A program made the position numbers and the translations under genes. Positions 1 through 11,072 of a stretch of DNA of 64,000 nucleotides are shown piece by piece. Source of the DNA: Promethearchaeota archaeon (GTDB lineage Archaea > Asgardarchaeota > Lokiarchaeia > Sigyniarchaeales > SOKP01); NCBI GenBank assembly GCA_030599585.1, contig JAUVNS010000006.1, positions 236,430-300,429 on the forward strand. The letters run 5' to 3'. Under the pieces are notes generated by a model that worked only from the letters and a program-made list of their open reading frames with translations, was not told where the DNA came from and ran no database searches. Each line of letters opens with the position of its first letter. Within the stretch, counting starts at the first letter, position 1.

Positions 1-678
1 TTCAGCACCAATTTCAGGGCTTTTAAAGAATTTTTTTGCGAAACCCTTACTGGTTGATGACCGATCTCGACCCAAATTAGTATTAATAAGCCCGGGGTGG
101 ACAACATTTACGGTTACATTAGAACCTTCTAATTTTCTGCTGAGCTCATAAGATACAAGAGTCATTGCTAATTTTGAACTTCCGTACAACCCCATAAACC
201 GTCCTTTCTTGTTTTCTCTTTGTAAATCCTCAAAATCTATCTTCCCCATTCTATGTGCCGCTGAACCTACATTAATGATGCGACTTGGTGCTGATTTTTT
301 TAATACACCAAGTAGTAAATTAGTCAGTAAAAAAGGTGCAAGGTGGTTAACGGCAAAATTCATCTCAAAACCATCTACAGAATAAACTTTTTTTGATAAC
401 ATAACTCCAGCGTTATTTATCAGAACATGAAGTTTATCATATTTGCTCCTGAATTCATTTACAAAATTGCGAATTTCTTTTTGGGAGGATAAATCACACA
501 AAAATAAATCTATATTCTCGTTGCCAGTGATTTCGATTATCTCATTTTGTGCTGATTCACCGCGTTCTTTATTGCGACATAACATTACTATTGTGGCGTT
601 CATCTTTGCTAACTCAATAGCGGTAGCTTTGCCAATGCCGGAGTTCGCACCGGTTATTATACATATTTTATTTTGCAT
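1..678 (-). CDS. Short-chain dehydrogenase/reductase (retinol dehydrogenase-like), runs off the window start
   Basis: Not in the ORF track. Manual translation from ATG 678 gives MQNKICIITGANSGIGKATA...LINNAG, with the SDR TGxxxGIG and NNAG motifs and a YGSSK catalytic motif. Confidence 0.9.
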   Translation of the reverse strand, partial: MQNKICIITGANSGIGKATAIELAKMNATIVMLCRNKERGESAQNEIIEITGNENIDLFLCDLSSQKEIRNFVNEFRSKYDKLHVLINNAGVMLSKKVYSVDGFEMNFAVNHLAPFLLTNLLLGVLKKSAPSRIINVGSAAHRMGKIDFEDLQRENKKGRFMGLYGSSKLAMTLVSYELSRKLEGSNVTVNVVHPGLINTNLGRDRSSTSKGFAKKFFKSPEIGAE

Positions 679-813
679 ACTCTTGATTGAAATTAAATAC
701 ATTTCAATTTTCTTATTATTTCTTATATAGTAAAAATAAAGTTTAGAAATCCTTAAAATTCATATGGTTATGTAATATTCCCCATTTAAGTGTATAATTT
801 AAGGTAAAAAATC

Positions 814-2217
814 ATGAACATAATAGAAGAACCTTCAAGAAAAACACCTATTATGGCTGAAACCGATGTTATAATCGTTGGAGGAGGTCCAGCTGGGCTT
901 TCAGCTTCTATCGCTGCTGCGAGAGAAGGAGCAAACACGATACTTGTTGAACGCTACGGCTGTTTTGGAGGAGTTATAACACAAACGATGGTTGGAACTA
1001 TTGCTTGGTATCGATACGCAAAAACTGTTGATGCAGGTGGAATTGGGTTAGAATTCGAAACATTAGCGAAAGACACGAATGGAAGCATTAATGTATTCGG
1101 AAACATAAAGAATAAAGAAATGATTAAAACCATAGAACAGGAGGGGTTGATGGTTAATGGAGTTCCAACATATGAAATCTTAGATACTGAAATGTTTAAA
1201 TATATAGCAGACAAGCTCGTACAAGATGCAAACATAACACCTATACTCCATTGCTCTGCTGTTGATGCGATAATGGAAGATCAAACAATTAAAGGAATTA
1301 TCACGGAAAGTAAATCGGGGAGACAAGCGATTTTAGCAAAGCGAGTAATAGATGCCACGGGAGATGCCGATATTGCGTATCATTCAGGAGTGCCTTTTCG
1401 TAAAAGCCCAAAGAACGAATTAATGGAAGTAACGGTTAATTATGGTTGTAGTGGAATAAATATTGGCAAATTTCTTATGTATGTATATTTAAATCCTGGT
1501 AGTATAGGAGACTGGGGTGATACTTCTGGAAAGGAAGACAGTTCTTTTAGCACATATTTGGTAGAACCATTTAACAAGGCCAAAGAAGCTGGTGAGATAC
1601 CAAAAGATGTTGATATAGAAAGTTTTTGGACCAATTATACAGATGCGGGAGAAATTACATCTTTCAATGGGATTCACATGACAGATATAGACCCTACAGA
1701 TGTATGGGACCTCACGAAAGCAGAAATAGAAGGTAGAAAGCGAGTTATGTGGGCAGTTGAAGCATTAAAGAAGTATACTCCCGGTTTTAAAAAAGCAAGA
1801 CTAAGAACGATCGGAGCATCTTTGGGTACCAGAGAATCGAGAAAAATTATAGGTGAATATGAGATCACCGAAAACGATGTAAGAAATGAGGGGCGTTTCG
1901 ATGATTCCATTGGGATATGCCCTGAGTTCATAGACGGTTATGGCATAGCGATCATGCCTACATCAGGCCGATATTTTCAAGTTCCATATGGGATTATCGT
2001 TCCTCAGAAGGTAGAAAACCTACTCGTAGTTGGTCGTTGTGTGGCAGGTGATAAAATATCTCACGCAGCTACCCGACAGATGTGTTGTTGTACAGTTACC
2101 GGTCAAGGAGCAGGAGTTGCTGCCGCTATTTCGTACAAAGACAATGTATCTTGTCGAGACGTTAGTATTTCTAAGGTTCAAACAAGTCTTAAGAAACAAG
2201 GAGTTAGAATTGAATAA
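814..2217 (+). CDS. FAD-dependent oxidoreductase (FAD_oxidored family)
   Basis: DVIIVGGGPAG Rossmann motif, IDATGDAD, RESRKI and GQGAGVAAA motifs. Confidence 0.88.
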   Translation: MNIIEEPSRKTPIMAETDVIIVGGGPAGLSASIAAAREGANTILVERYGCFGGVITQTMVGTIAWYRYAKTVDAGGIGLEFETLAKDTNGSINVFGNIKNKEMIKTIEQEGLMVNGVPTYEILDTEMFKYIADKLVQDANITPILHCSAVDAIMEDQTIKGIITESKSGRQAILAKRVIDATGDADIAYHSGVPFRKSPKNELMEVTVNYGCSGINIGKFLMYVYLNPGSIGDWGDTSGKEDSSFSTYLVEPFNKAKEAGEIPKDVDIESFWTNYTDAGEITSFNGIHMTDIDPTDVWDLTKAEIEGRKRVMWAVEALKKYTPGFKKARLRTIGASLGTRESRKIIGEYEITENDVRNEGRFDDSIGICPEFIDGYGIAIMPTSGRYFQVPYGIIVPQKVENLLVVGRCVAGDKISHAATRQMCCCTVTGQGAGVAAAISYKDNVSCRDVSISKVQTSLKKQGVRIE

Positions 2218-2338
2218 GTTTTTATTTTAATTTCTATAGATTTAGATTTCACGATATTCTCTTAGAGCAAACTAAAACTATTTAAAATCATATTTTTATA
2301 CAATGAATATCTTAATATAATTATCTTATTTTACATAA

Positions 2339-3208
2339 TTGTCAAAGAAGTTGACGATCTATAATTTTTCGGTTATTACGAGTGATGGTTTTCCTTATTA
2401 TACCTTGGATGTGAAGGAAGCTCCAAACAACACAAAATTAAATTTGCGATTTTTTGATTTTTCGAAAGAAGAACTAAATCATCAATCTGATTTTGAAGTA
2501 TCTAATTCTTTTGAATTAAATGCCGGATTAGTTTCAGCATTATTTAAATTCGCACGAGCGATGTCTAAGAACATTCATATACTTGAATTTAATTCTGACG
2601 AATCACTATACTTTGAAAAAGATAAAACTCAATTTTTAGGAGATGTTTTAATCACATGTCAAACAGAGTCGTATCTATTTCATAAATCAGTTTACGCAAA
2701 AATTAAGTTGATTTACGATTCGCTCATTACGTATAAAATTCCTTTAGAATCTGCTATCGAGATATTACCCGTTCAAGAGGAAAAAATCTACAATATTTTA
2801 ACCGATTTTGAAGCAAAAGCCCGGGTTAGTGAACATAAGACTCAATTAAAACGATTAGGAAACGATTTTCTAAAAGAGATGAAAAATTACGGCTTAAGGG
2901 ATGTTTGTATTACGTCGTTCGATCTTTCTCCCATAATGATTCTCGGAAAAAAATACACCTCTGACGATATCCACGAAATTTTAAGAAATATTGGAAACGT
3001 TCCAGAAATTCCACCATTAAATTGGGTGTATCGCCAATCAACTCACGCTGGCGAGCAAATATGGGTTTACATCTATAAATCGGATGTTGGACCAACTATT
3101 GAAGGCTTATTTGAACCCTATCTTTATTTACTTTTTTGCGATCTTAACTCCTACCTTGGAGAAATACCAGAAGTTCTTGGAAATAAAATTAATAGGATTT
3201 TAAGCTAG
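2339..3208 (+). CDS. Hypothetical protein with probable longin/roadblock-like folds
   Basis: 289-aa ORF; 'VITSDGFPYY...LNAGLVSALFKFA' resembles Asgard longin-like domains. Confidence 0.55.
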   Translation: MSKKLTIYNFSVITSDGFPYYTLDVKEAPNNTKLNLRFFDFSKEELNHQSDFEVSNSFELNAGLVSALFKFARAMSKNIHILEFNSDESLYFEKDKTQFLGDVLITCQTESYLFHKSVYAKIKLIYDSLITYKIPLESAIEILPVQEEKIYNILTDFEAKARVSEHKTQLKRLGNDFLKEMKNYGLRDVCITSFDLSPIMILGKKYTSDDIHEILRNIGNVPEIPPLNWVYRQSTHAGEQIWVYIYKSDVGPTIEGLFEPYLYLLFCDLNSYLGEIPEVLGNKINRILS

Positions 3209-3276
3209 GCAACAATATCTATAAATGAAGCAAATAAAGAATTTAACCTACATTTTCTGATAGGTTCTTTAAAAAC

Positions 3277-3516
3277 TTAGAAGATATGACAGATTCCAAT
3301 TTCTCCGTTATTTAAGTAGCTTTCAAAATTACCGTTTAGCTGTGACTTAAATTCCCTATCACTCTGAGCAATGATTTTGCTAAAGGGAGTGTTTTGAATA
3401 TTTCCTTGCTTATCGTAAATTAAGAATTGATACGAAAATGTAGGGATTGACTCGTATAAATGTGGTACCTTTATCATGGTGTGAATTCTGTATCCATTGA
3501 TCTTGAGATCTTCCAT
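3277..3516 (-). CDS. Small hypothetical protein, paralog 1
   Basis: 79 aa, highly similar to 3926-4198 (MEDxKIxGYRIH...KVPxLYE...YQFLIY). Confidence 0.75.
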   Translation of the reverse strand: MEDLKINGYRIHTMIKVPHLYESIPTFSYQFLIYDKQGNIQNTPFSKIIAQSDREFKSQLNGNFESYLNNGEIGICHIF

Positions 3517-3925
3517 ATTGTTAACCCTGTTATTAGAAAAATAAGTTTTTATTACAATTAATATCTATCAAAACCTAATTGTAATATTTAAATTGCTCTA
3601 TTCAATTTTTGAAGTATTGAATTTTGATAGGATTAAAAGCATAAAAATCTCCTTTTCTATCGAATAAAAACATAAAAAAGTCGTAATAGAATTATACATC
3701 TGTTATGGTTACCGTAATTTATTATATAAGCACCACTTAAATTCTCAAAATTCATATTCCCTACATCAAAATTTCTGAATTCCTTATAATCGTAGAATTA
3801 ACAATGTTAAAGACTAATAATTCATTTCAGCTGCTTCGTACATCAAAAAGTAAATGTAAATTGCAATTTTTGAAAGATAGAAATCTAACTTTTACTGTTA
3901 ATCCAATTTAACATTTATAGAGGAA

Positions 3926-4198
3926 TTAAGTCAAATTTTCTGATAAATTTTTTATCAATTTAGAAATAGGATATGCTTCAATTACTCCGTAATTTAAGTA
4001 ACTTTTAAAATTTTCTTTTAATTTAGATTTAAATTCAGCATCGGTTTTAGCATTGATTCTACTGAATGGGTAGTTCTGAATTTCACTATTTTTATTGTAA
4101 ATTAAAAATTGGTATGAATATGTTAGGATTTTCTCGTATAATTGCGGTACCTTTATAGCGATATGAATTCTATATCCTTTAATCTTGAAATCTTCCAT
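3926..4198 (-). CDS. Small hypothetical protein, paralog 2
   Basis: 90-aa paralog of 3277-3516. Confidence 0.75.
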   Translation of the reverse strand: MEDFKIKGYRIHIAIKVPQLYEKILTYSYQFLIYNKNSEIQNYPFSRINAKTDAEFKSKLKENFKSYLNYGVIEAYPISKLIKNLSENLT

Positions 4199-4690
4199 TT
4201 TTTTAACCCTGTTATTAATAAGATTATAAAATGATTATTAAGTATCAAAATCAAATTGCAATATTTAAATAGCTATATTCTCTTTTTGAGGTATTGAATT
4301 TTTTTAGGGTTAATTGCGATAACAATCCTTTTCTTATCATATAATAAAGTGAAGGGCAACTTAAGAACTAAACAATTGCTATGGTAAACAGAATTAATTA
4401 ACTAAATTCCCGTTTGTTTATCTACTTGCCTAAACATTACATAAAATTTTACGATCTCATTGTAGTCGTGGAATAGAGAATATTAAAGGTTAAAAATTCA
4501 TATTTGTTGCCTCAATATTCAAAACTAAAATAATTATTGCTACTTTTGGAAGTTTGAGAGCTACAATTTGCTGTTAATCCAATTTATCAAGAAGTATACT
4601 TCAAAAATTAGATATAGCGATTTATATACCAGCTTCAAAATTATTAATATAGCATAATTTTAACACAATTTAACACAAGGTAGACTAAAA

Positions 4691-5821
4691 ATGAAAACAA
4701 AATACATTGTATTAGGACTTTTTGTTATAGGGATTCTATTTGTTAGTTCAAGTTTTGGATACGGTTTTGATGATAATGATGATCCACCTGTAGGAGATGA
4801 CGATAATGATGGTATTGACGACGAGTACGAGGATGAGAACAAAAGAAACATCGAAGTCTGGATAGGCGAAAATGTAATAGAAATAGCTTCAATAAAAAGA
4901 ACCGAAACGCAAAAAGATATCATCGATCTTAGAGTAGGATTTAATGATTACGGTATTTCCATTCGAGTTTCCTATGGGACATATATTATACATGCTCCAG
5001 AAGAACCAGAAGAACCACAAGAACCTGATAAACCTGATGAACCTGAGGAGCCTATAGAAGAAATAGTTGTTGCAAACGGAGAAAGTTATGAGGATACAAT
5101 TGAATATAAAATAACATTCGAAGTATTGTTCCGTGGTCTTATTGAATATGTTGATGTTAACGACAATGGTGTTTTAGAAGAAGATATTGACGAAATCGTT
5201 TCAGATTATGGATTCAATTCATTTCAACCAATTAATTATAGCCTTGAAAGCATTTCAGAAGATAGCAACAAACACTACATTTTGATCAACACTACTGACG
5301 GAATATTTGCGCTACACATTTTTCTCGTAGAGGAATTCGTGTATATCGATGAAAATCTGATCTCTCCTACTCAAGCAAAGATCGACATTGAAATTACAAA
5401 CTATGACTACGTAGATAACAACTCAAAGTTAGCTTTATTTACGAAACTATGGTCTGAGGAGACTTATAATGAAAGAGAGGAAACTGAAGACGAAGAAGAT
5501 GGATATGCAACTGACGAGAAAGAAGTATTCGTGGAAAACGATGTGTACTCAGGGTTTTTCAGTTGGAAAGAAACAGCGTTAGTTGATGGAGTTGAAATGG
5601 AGGTACTAGCAAGGAGAGTTACTCACGAGGAAGAAGAACTTCAAAGGTTATATCTATGTTATCCACGAGGTAACCATATATATCACGATCCTAAAATCGG
5701 TATTCTAATCGGATTACCTGTGGACGATTTTACACCAATAGTTATGACTGTGTCTATAATTTCAATAATTGGAGCAGCTACCATAGTGGGAATAGTACTT
5801 AGGAAAAAAAGAATCCTTTAA
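4691..5821 (+). CDS. Acidic secreted, membrane-anchored surface protein
   Basis: Signal peptide, DxDxDG Ca-binding-like motifs, (EEP)n linker, C-terminal TM helix plus RKKR. Confidence 0.75.
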   Translation: MKTKYIVLGLFVIGILFVSSSFGYGFDDNDDPPVGDDDNDGIDDEYEDENKRNIEVWIGENVIEIASIKRTETQKDIIDLRVGFNDYGISIRVSYGTYIIHAPEEPEEPQEPDKPDEPEEPIEEIVVANGESYEDTIEYKITFEVLFRGLIEYVDVNDNGVLEEDIDEIVSDYGFNSFQPINYSLESISEDSNKHYILINTTDGIFALHIFLVEEFVYIDENLISPTQAKIDIEITNYDYVDNNSKLALFTKLWSEETYNEREETEDEEDGYATDEKEVFVENDVYSGFFSWKETALVDGVEMEVLARRVTHEEEELQRLYLCYPRGNHIYHDPKIGILIGLPVDDFTPIVMTVSIISIIGAATIVGIVLRKKRIL

Positions 5822-5976
5822 TAAACAAATTAAAAAAAATTTATTATTTTTTTTATCAAATTAAATACACAAAAAAAGGAAGATAAAACTACTAAAAATT
5901 ATTAAAGCCAAATATATGTAATGTTTAGTGAAGAGATTTTATTAAATAAAACTTAAAGGAACATTTCTTAACGAAA

Positions 5977-7323
5977 ATGAAAAAACGAGCTCTATGGGTT
6001 GGATGTTTTCTTTTCACAATATTGCTGTTTAACTTTAGCATCGGTTTTGCAGCTGCTTTAACAAACGATAATTCATTTGTTATTAGCAGCGATGACGTTG
6101 ATAATGATGCTATAGACGACAACTTCGAAGATCTTAATAAAAGAAAAATCGAAGTAGATATTTCAGAAAACGAGGCGACAATCCAATCAATCAGACAAGG
6201 GACTGAAACGAAAGATCTGATAAGAACAGATATTGTGTATAGCGAATATGGTGTCGAGATTCAAATTGGATACAAATCGAGCATAGAAGCGGATTTTGAA
6301 ATAACTTTTGGAATAACATTTCGCGAGTTAATTGAGTTTATTGATAATGACTTTAACGGATTGTACGATCCAGAAGTTGATCAAAGTATCCAAAATTACA
6401 CTCTGAATGACTTCTTACCAATTTATTACGAAAAGGTAGTTATCCAGGATGAGAGCTTCCTGCATCATCTTAGAATTCAGACTGTGAGTAGCAACTTTAC
6501 TTTAAACGTATATTTTGCAGAAGAATTTACTATAGTTGAAAACTCGTTAATAAGTCCTACCCAAGCAAAAATCGACATTGAAATAGAAAATTTTAATTAT
6601 TTAAACGATAGTTCTCAAATTGCATTATATACTAGCTTGGATTCTGAGGCGGATTTTCAAAGACACAATGATACTGAAGATGAGGAAAAAGGTTATGCGA
6701 AAGCTGAACTTGGAATAGCAACGGTCGTGAATGAATACACAGGATTCTATTCTTGGAACGAAAGCGGAATTGTTGACGAGGCTTCACAAAACATTCTCGT
6801 AAGTGGTATCTTACCTGATGATATTATTGAGAACGGTAATAAGGTGTATCTCAATTACCCTCGCGGAGTAATCATATATCATTCTTCTAAAATCGGCATT
6901 GAAGGTTTATTGATAACCGAAGAATTCCCTCTGTTAGGCCTCGCTTTATTGTTAATTGCAATAGGTGCTGTAAGTTCGATAGTAGCATATTCAGTATATC
7001 ATCGAGAGAAAAGTAAGCCTAAAGGCAAGGCCGAGAGAAGAGATCGAGAGAAAAGTGGTATGTTGAAAACTCAAAGACAAGAATTTGTCAAGTTATTTGA
7101 TAGTAAACTAGCCCTTCAAATACTTGAAGAAGAGGACGCTATTAGAAATCTTTACGATAAGGGGGATATCGAGATAACAGCAATTTCAAATGATTTTTAC
7201 GAAACTGTCGATAATTTCGGTTTTAAGGGGAATGAAAAAAGCGAATTTATTAAAGAAATGCTCAACTTGCGCCCATTTGAGAGAGAAGTAATCCTTAGAG
7301 AAATGTTGATAAAATCTCAATAA
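5977..7323 (+). CDS. Paralogous single-pass surface protein with cytoplasmic tail
   Basis: Shares SPTQAKIDIEI, TEDEExGYA, YPRG and KIGI with 4691-5821; signal peptide, TM helix, ~100-aa cytoplasmic domain. Confidence 0.75.
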   Translation: MKKRALWVGCFLFTILLFNFSIGFAAALTNDNSFVISSDDVDNDAIDDNFEDLNKRKIEVDISENEATIQSIRQGTETKDLIRTDIVYSEYGVEIQIGYKSSIEADFEITFGITFRELIEFIDNDFNGLYDPEVDQSIQNYTLNDFLPIYYEKVVIQDESFLHHLRIQTVSSNFTLNVYFAEEFTIVENSLISPTQAKIDIEIENFNYLNDSSQIALYTSLDSEADFQRHNDTEDEEKGYAKAELGIATVVNEYTGFYSWNESGIVDEASQNILVSGILPDDIIENGNKVYLNYPRGVIIYHSSKIGIEGLLITEEFPLLGLALLLIAIGAVSSIVAYSVYHREKSKPKGKAERRDREKSGMLKTQRQEFVKLFDSKLALQILEEEDAIRNLYDKGDIEITAISNDFYETVDNFGFKGNEKSEFIKEMLNLRPFEREVILREMLIKSQ

Positions 7324-7331
7324 GTAAGGAA

Positions 7332-8021
7332 ATGAATATTCTTAAAATAATGCCGGTTGAAACAACTGAATACGAAACTCTTATTTTAACTTTAGTTCAG
7401 GATTATCTCAACCAAAATAAATATTTTAACATGAGGAAGGTAGTTTCTTTTATTAATGCTAAATTGAGGTCTTATTCAGTTGATCTTAATTACCGAGCGA
7501 TTGAAGAAATTCTAAGATCTTTAACAAAAAAGAAATTGATTGATGAAGGCACTAGATTTACGAAATTAGATGTCTTGAATAACAAGAATAGGAAACAAAT
7601 ATACGATTTCATCTTAAAAAATCCGGGTGTATACTTTAATACAATCGTTCGGGACTTAAAAATTAACAAACCAGTCATTGTATGGCACATTAATATGTTA
7701 GCTAGGTTTGATTTCATTAAAAGAGAAGAATTTGAGAACCATGAAATCTATTTTGACTCGCGTTTAAGTGGAATGAATAGAAAATTTAGATATTTCACAT
7801 CAAAAGAAGAGAGTAAAAAAATTCTTGAATATTTGAAAAAAAATGATTATGGCATAACTAAAACCCATCTTTCAATAAATTTAGGCATGCACCATAATAC
7901 TATTACTAAATACCTTACTAAATTTGAGGAATTTAACATAATTTTAAAGAAGAAGATAGCTAAAAGAACATTGTATTTCTTGAATGAGGATTTAACAGAG
8001 GCTTTAAATCTCAACACTTAA
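7332..8021 (+). CDS. Winged-helix transcriptional regulator (tandem wHTH)
   Basis: NRKQIYDFILKNPG...WHINML motif and a second HTH at the C-terminus. Confidence 0.75.
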   Translation: MNILKIMPVETTEYETLILTLVQDYLNQNKYFNMRKVVSFINAKLRSYSVDLNYRAIEEILRSLTKKKLIDEGTRFTKLDVLNNKNRKQIYDFILKNPGVYFNTIVRDLKINKPVIVWHINMLARFDFIKREEFENHEIYFDSRLSGMNRKFRYFTSKEESKKILEYLKKNDYGITKTHLSINLGMHHNTITKYLTKFEEFNIILKKKIAKRTLYFLNEDLTEALNLNT

Positions 8022-8180
8022 CAAGAAACAATTTTTCAGTTTTAGCTTGAATACTCTATTCTCATTTTTACATTAATGTAAAATATTAAATAAAATGTGT
8101 GAATATTGAATCACACTGTATAGGTTAATGATCTATACAGATGCAAATCCAAAACAAATAATTTGTAGGTGGAATGTAAA

Positions 8181-8492
8181 ATGTTGTTTATATCGTATTG
8201 GGAATTAAACCCAGATTTTGACCCCTCAGAATTAGCTGAAATTGCGCAAAAATTAATGAGTAAGAAACTATATCCGGTTGAAGGAGTTAAACAATTAGCT
8301 TTTTATATTAGTACGTCGGATTTTTGGGGAATTAGTGTAGAAGAGGCTGAAAGTGAAGAACAAATGGCAAAAGGTTCAAACATATGGAGACTGGCTAAAC
8401 CAGGCTACATTAAGCTTATGAGAACTACTCCAGCAATGGAAGTTATTCAAATGGTTCCCTTACTAATGAAACTAAAAAAACAGCTAGAATAA
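8181..8492 (+). CDS. DUF3303/GYD-like small protein
   Basis: MLFISYWEL...EGVKQL...TTPAM pattern; ATG 8181 preferred over GTG 8169. Confidence 0.55.
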   Translation: MLFISYWELNPDFDPSELAEIAQKLMSKKLYPVEGVKQLAFYISTSDFWGISVEEAESEEQMAKGSNIWRLAKPGYIKLMRTTPAMEVIQMVPLLMKLKKQLE

Positions 8493-8573
8493 CAGAATAA
8501 TTCTAAATTTTAATTATCTTTTTTTTTTAACTGACAAATTTTATTTATTGACATACATTTTGCCATCTATAGT

Positions 8574-9464
8574 ATGGTGGAAAGCATGACTAAAGTTGCT
8601 GTTATTTCTACAAACGATCGCGTGTATGGAGTAAATAGATCCCTCGAGTTGCTAGGACTAAATCCTGTTAAAGGCAAAGATGTAATTTTCAAGCCAAATT
8701 TCAATACTGCTGATCCTCCTCCTGCTTCAAGCTCAATGGAGACAATAAAACAGCTTATTATAAAGTTAAAAGAAATGGGTGCGAATTCAATAACTGTAGC
8801 TGAACGAAGCGGTCCCGCTAAAACTTCGGATGTTTTTGAAAAAAAGGGCTTGTATGTTTTGGCAAAAGAATTGGATTTTACGATCGTTGACTTAACAAGA
8901 ATACCTCGAGATGGCTATGTCCTCAAAAAAACAGAGGGTAACCATTGGAGAGATGGATTTTTTTTTGCGAAAATATACGATGAAGCAGAATGTATTGTAG
9001 AAACGTGTTGTTTAAAGACTCACATGTATGGTGGACGCTTTACATTATCGCTTAAGAACGCAGTAGGAATAGTCAAAAAGAAAAATATGTCTGAATTACA
9101 TTCCTCGGAACATCAGAGAGAAATGATTGCAGAAATAAATTCTGTTTACAAGCCTGACTTAATCGTTATGGACGGCGTTATTACTTTTGTAGATCGAGGA
9201 CCTATGGAAGGAACTCGAGTAGAAGGGAATGTATTCGTTGCGGGCACAGACAAAATTGCAATCGACTCTGTAGGCGTAGCAATATTGAGAATACTTGGAA
9301 CTACGCCAGAGGTTACAAAAGGTTCTATTTTCGAACAAGATCAAATTAAAAGAGCCGTCGAATTAGGTATAGGCGTCTCATCACCCTTAGATATTGAATT
9401 TTTAACTGATTCTGAAAAAAGCGAAAAACTCGTTGCTCAAATAAAGGAGAAATTAGCACACTAA
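8574..9464 (+). CDS. DUF362 family protein
   Basis: FKPNF, LKTH, TLSLKN, PDLIVMDG and DKIAID motifs. Confidence 0.85.
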   Translation: MVESMTKVAVISTNDRVYGVNRSLELLGLNPVKGKDVIFKPNFNTADPPPASSSMETIKQLIIKLKEMGANSITVAERSGPAKTSDVFEKKGLYVLAKELDFTIVDLTRIPRDGYVLKKTEGNHWRDGFFFAKIYDEAECIVETCCLKTHMYGGRFTLSLKNAVGIVKKKNMSELHSSEHQREMIAEINSVYKPDLIVMDGVITFVDRGPMEGTRVEGNVFVAGTDKIAIDSVGVAILRILGTTPEVTKGSIFEQDQIKRAVELGIGVSSPLDIEFLTDSEKSEKLVAQIKEKLAH

Positions 9465-9516
9465 ACCAGATTTCGAATGAAAAACAAATTAAAAAAAAAA
9501 AGAAATATTTTTGAAT

Positions 9517-9915
9517 TTAACTTCTTTGTTTCATCCAGCAGTAAATCCCTAGGATTAAATAGATTGCTACAAGGATAGTAACGACTATTGTATTCGTTAG
9601 GGCCATGGCGGGCAAAGATATTAGCGTTAATTCCAAAATATTAATGATTGTTACCATTAATAACCACATCACGGATAATTCGTATAATAGTTTTATTTCT
9701 TCCCATTCCTTTTTAAAATAAGCCATAAGTGAAGCCAAGCCAAGAACCAAAAGTGTTCCTCCAAACAACCTAAAGTAAATAGGGTCGTTAAATGGCCACT
9801 GAGTTAAACCGTATATATAAATATCGGGAATTACCAAGTATAGAAATGCAAAGAGAAAACCTGCCAATACATTCAAAAGCAAGGAAATTTTGGTAAGTTT
9901 TTGAATTTCAGTCAT
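9517..9915 (-). CDS. Four-TM membrane protein
   Basis: Four hydrophobic segments; upstream GAGGT ribosome-binding site. Confidence 0.7.
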   Translation of the reverse strand: MTEIQKLTKISLLLNVLAGFLFAFLYLVIPDIYIYGLTQWPFNDPIYFRLFGGTLLVLGLASLMAYFKKEWEEIKLLYELSVMWLLMVTIINILELTLISLPAMALTNTIVVTILVAIYLILGIYCWMKQRS

Positions 9916-10023
9916 TATATCATACCTCTTCTTGTTAATTTTGAATAATATATTTCGGATTTAACCGTTCAATAAATTTACAGAATTGTAGAATCTTCGT
10001 GTATATATAAAGATATCTTACTT

Positions 10024-10884
10024 TTATATGCTAAAGAGGATAGAAAAATATTTTTTAACATCTTTTAATTTAACAAAAAAAGCTGGTACGGTTTCGCTAT
10101 ATTTTTTGTAAGCTCCCTCATATCTTTCCATAAGTTCTTTTTCTTCAACGTATTTGAGATGAATATTTATTCCAACTAAAAAAATTAAAAAATAGATAAC
10201 TGAATAAATGGAGAATCTAAAAAATATACTTCCTATGCTAATTAACATTAAACCATGATAGGTTGGGTGACGTAATATTGAATAGATTGCGTGATTTTGA
10301 AGCGTAGATTCTTCTGGATAAAAAACATAAAGCATTGCCATGTTGTCAATGCCAAAGAAACTCAATGTTTTAAAAATTACAATAAGTCCTAATCCAACAA
10401 ATAAAATTGACAGGACTAGTCTGATATAAAGAAAGTAAAAAGGAAAACCCATTATTAGTCCAGAAATAGGAATTCCTAAATAATGGCTTAATGTATCATC
10501 AATCCCGTATGTAGCAATCAGATCATTGGGGATAAAACTATGAACTATGACAGAAAAAAGCATTGGAATCCCAATTGCTACAAATTTAAATGCTTTTTGA
10601 TATGCTTTTTTCCCCGATTTAGATAAGTACTTATCTCGAACCCTCCAAAACTTACGTACTACCGAAAAACCAATAGATATTATTATTAAAGTCCCAAGTA
10701 TGGGAGTTAAAGGGGCAATCATCTGTAAAATACCTATACTTCTAAAAATTCGGGGCAAAGAATCTAGAACTAATTGGAACATTAACGATGTTACAAAAAC
10801 GATGAAAGCTATTACCGCAAATAATCGTATTTTTCTACCTTGGTAATCCGGTAATTTTGTTCTAAGCTGATCTAATCCTTTCAT
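10024..10884 (-). CDS. Isoprenylcysteine carboxyl / phospholipid methyltransferase family membrane protein
   Basis: YSILRHPTYHG and EEKELMERY..Y..Y...VP motifs; multiple TM helices. Confidence 0.8.
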   Translation of the reverse strand: MKGLDQLRTKLPDYQGRKIRLFAVIAFIVFVTSLMFQLVLDSLPRIFRSIGILQMIAPLTPILGTLIIISIGFSVVRKFWRVRDKYLSKSGKKAYQKAFKFVAIGIPMLFSVIVHSFIPNDLIATYGIDDTLSHYLGIPISGLIMGFPFYFLYIRLVLSILFVGLGLIVIFKTLSFFGIDNMAMLYVFYPEESTLQNHAIYSILRHPTYHGLMLISIGSIFFRFSIYSVIYFLIFLVGINIHLKYVEEKELMERYEGAYKKYSETVPAFFVKLKDVKKYFSILFSI

Positions 10885-11072
10885 TCGATGTATTAAGCTC
10901 GTTAAACCTATATAAAATTAATATTAATTATCTAGTTATTATGTATTAATATTTTTGCATAGACTTATTTTTATATATTTGAAACACTAATTATTTATCT
11001 ATCAAGAGAATACATTTTCAACTAATCTGAATATTTGTTTTTAAATTATATTGATATCTTAGGGGATTAAAA

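Larger units (their letters stand above)
3230..4587. repeat. Diverged tandem duplication, ~680 bp unit (small gene plus ~390 bp upstream non-coding DNA)
   Basis: Shared blocks in both copies: TTAACCCTGTTATTA, AATATTTAAAT, GTATTGAATTTT, and CTGTTAATCCAATTTA (~3895 and ~4572). Confidence 0.75.

Noticed and set aside
443-730. Plus-strand 95-aa ORF, and the other short antisense ORFs in the track
   Set aside because: These are shadows of well-supported genes on the opposite strand; here the SDR at 1-678.
4995-5060. GAACC(A/T)GA short tandem repeats
   Set aside because: They encode the EEP/DKP low-complexity linker of a surface protein.
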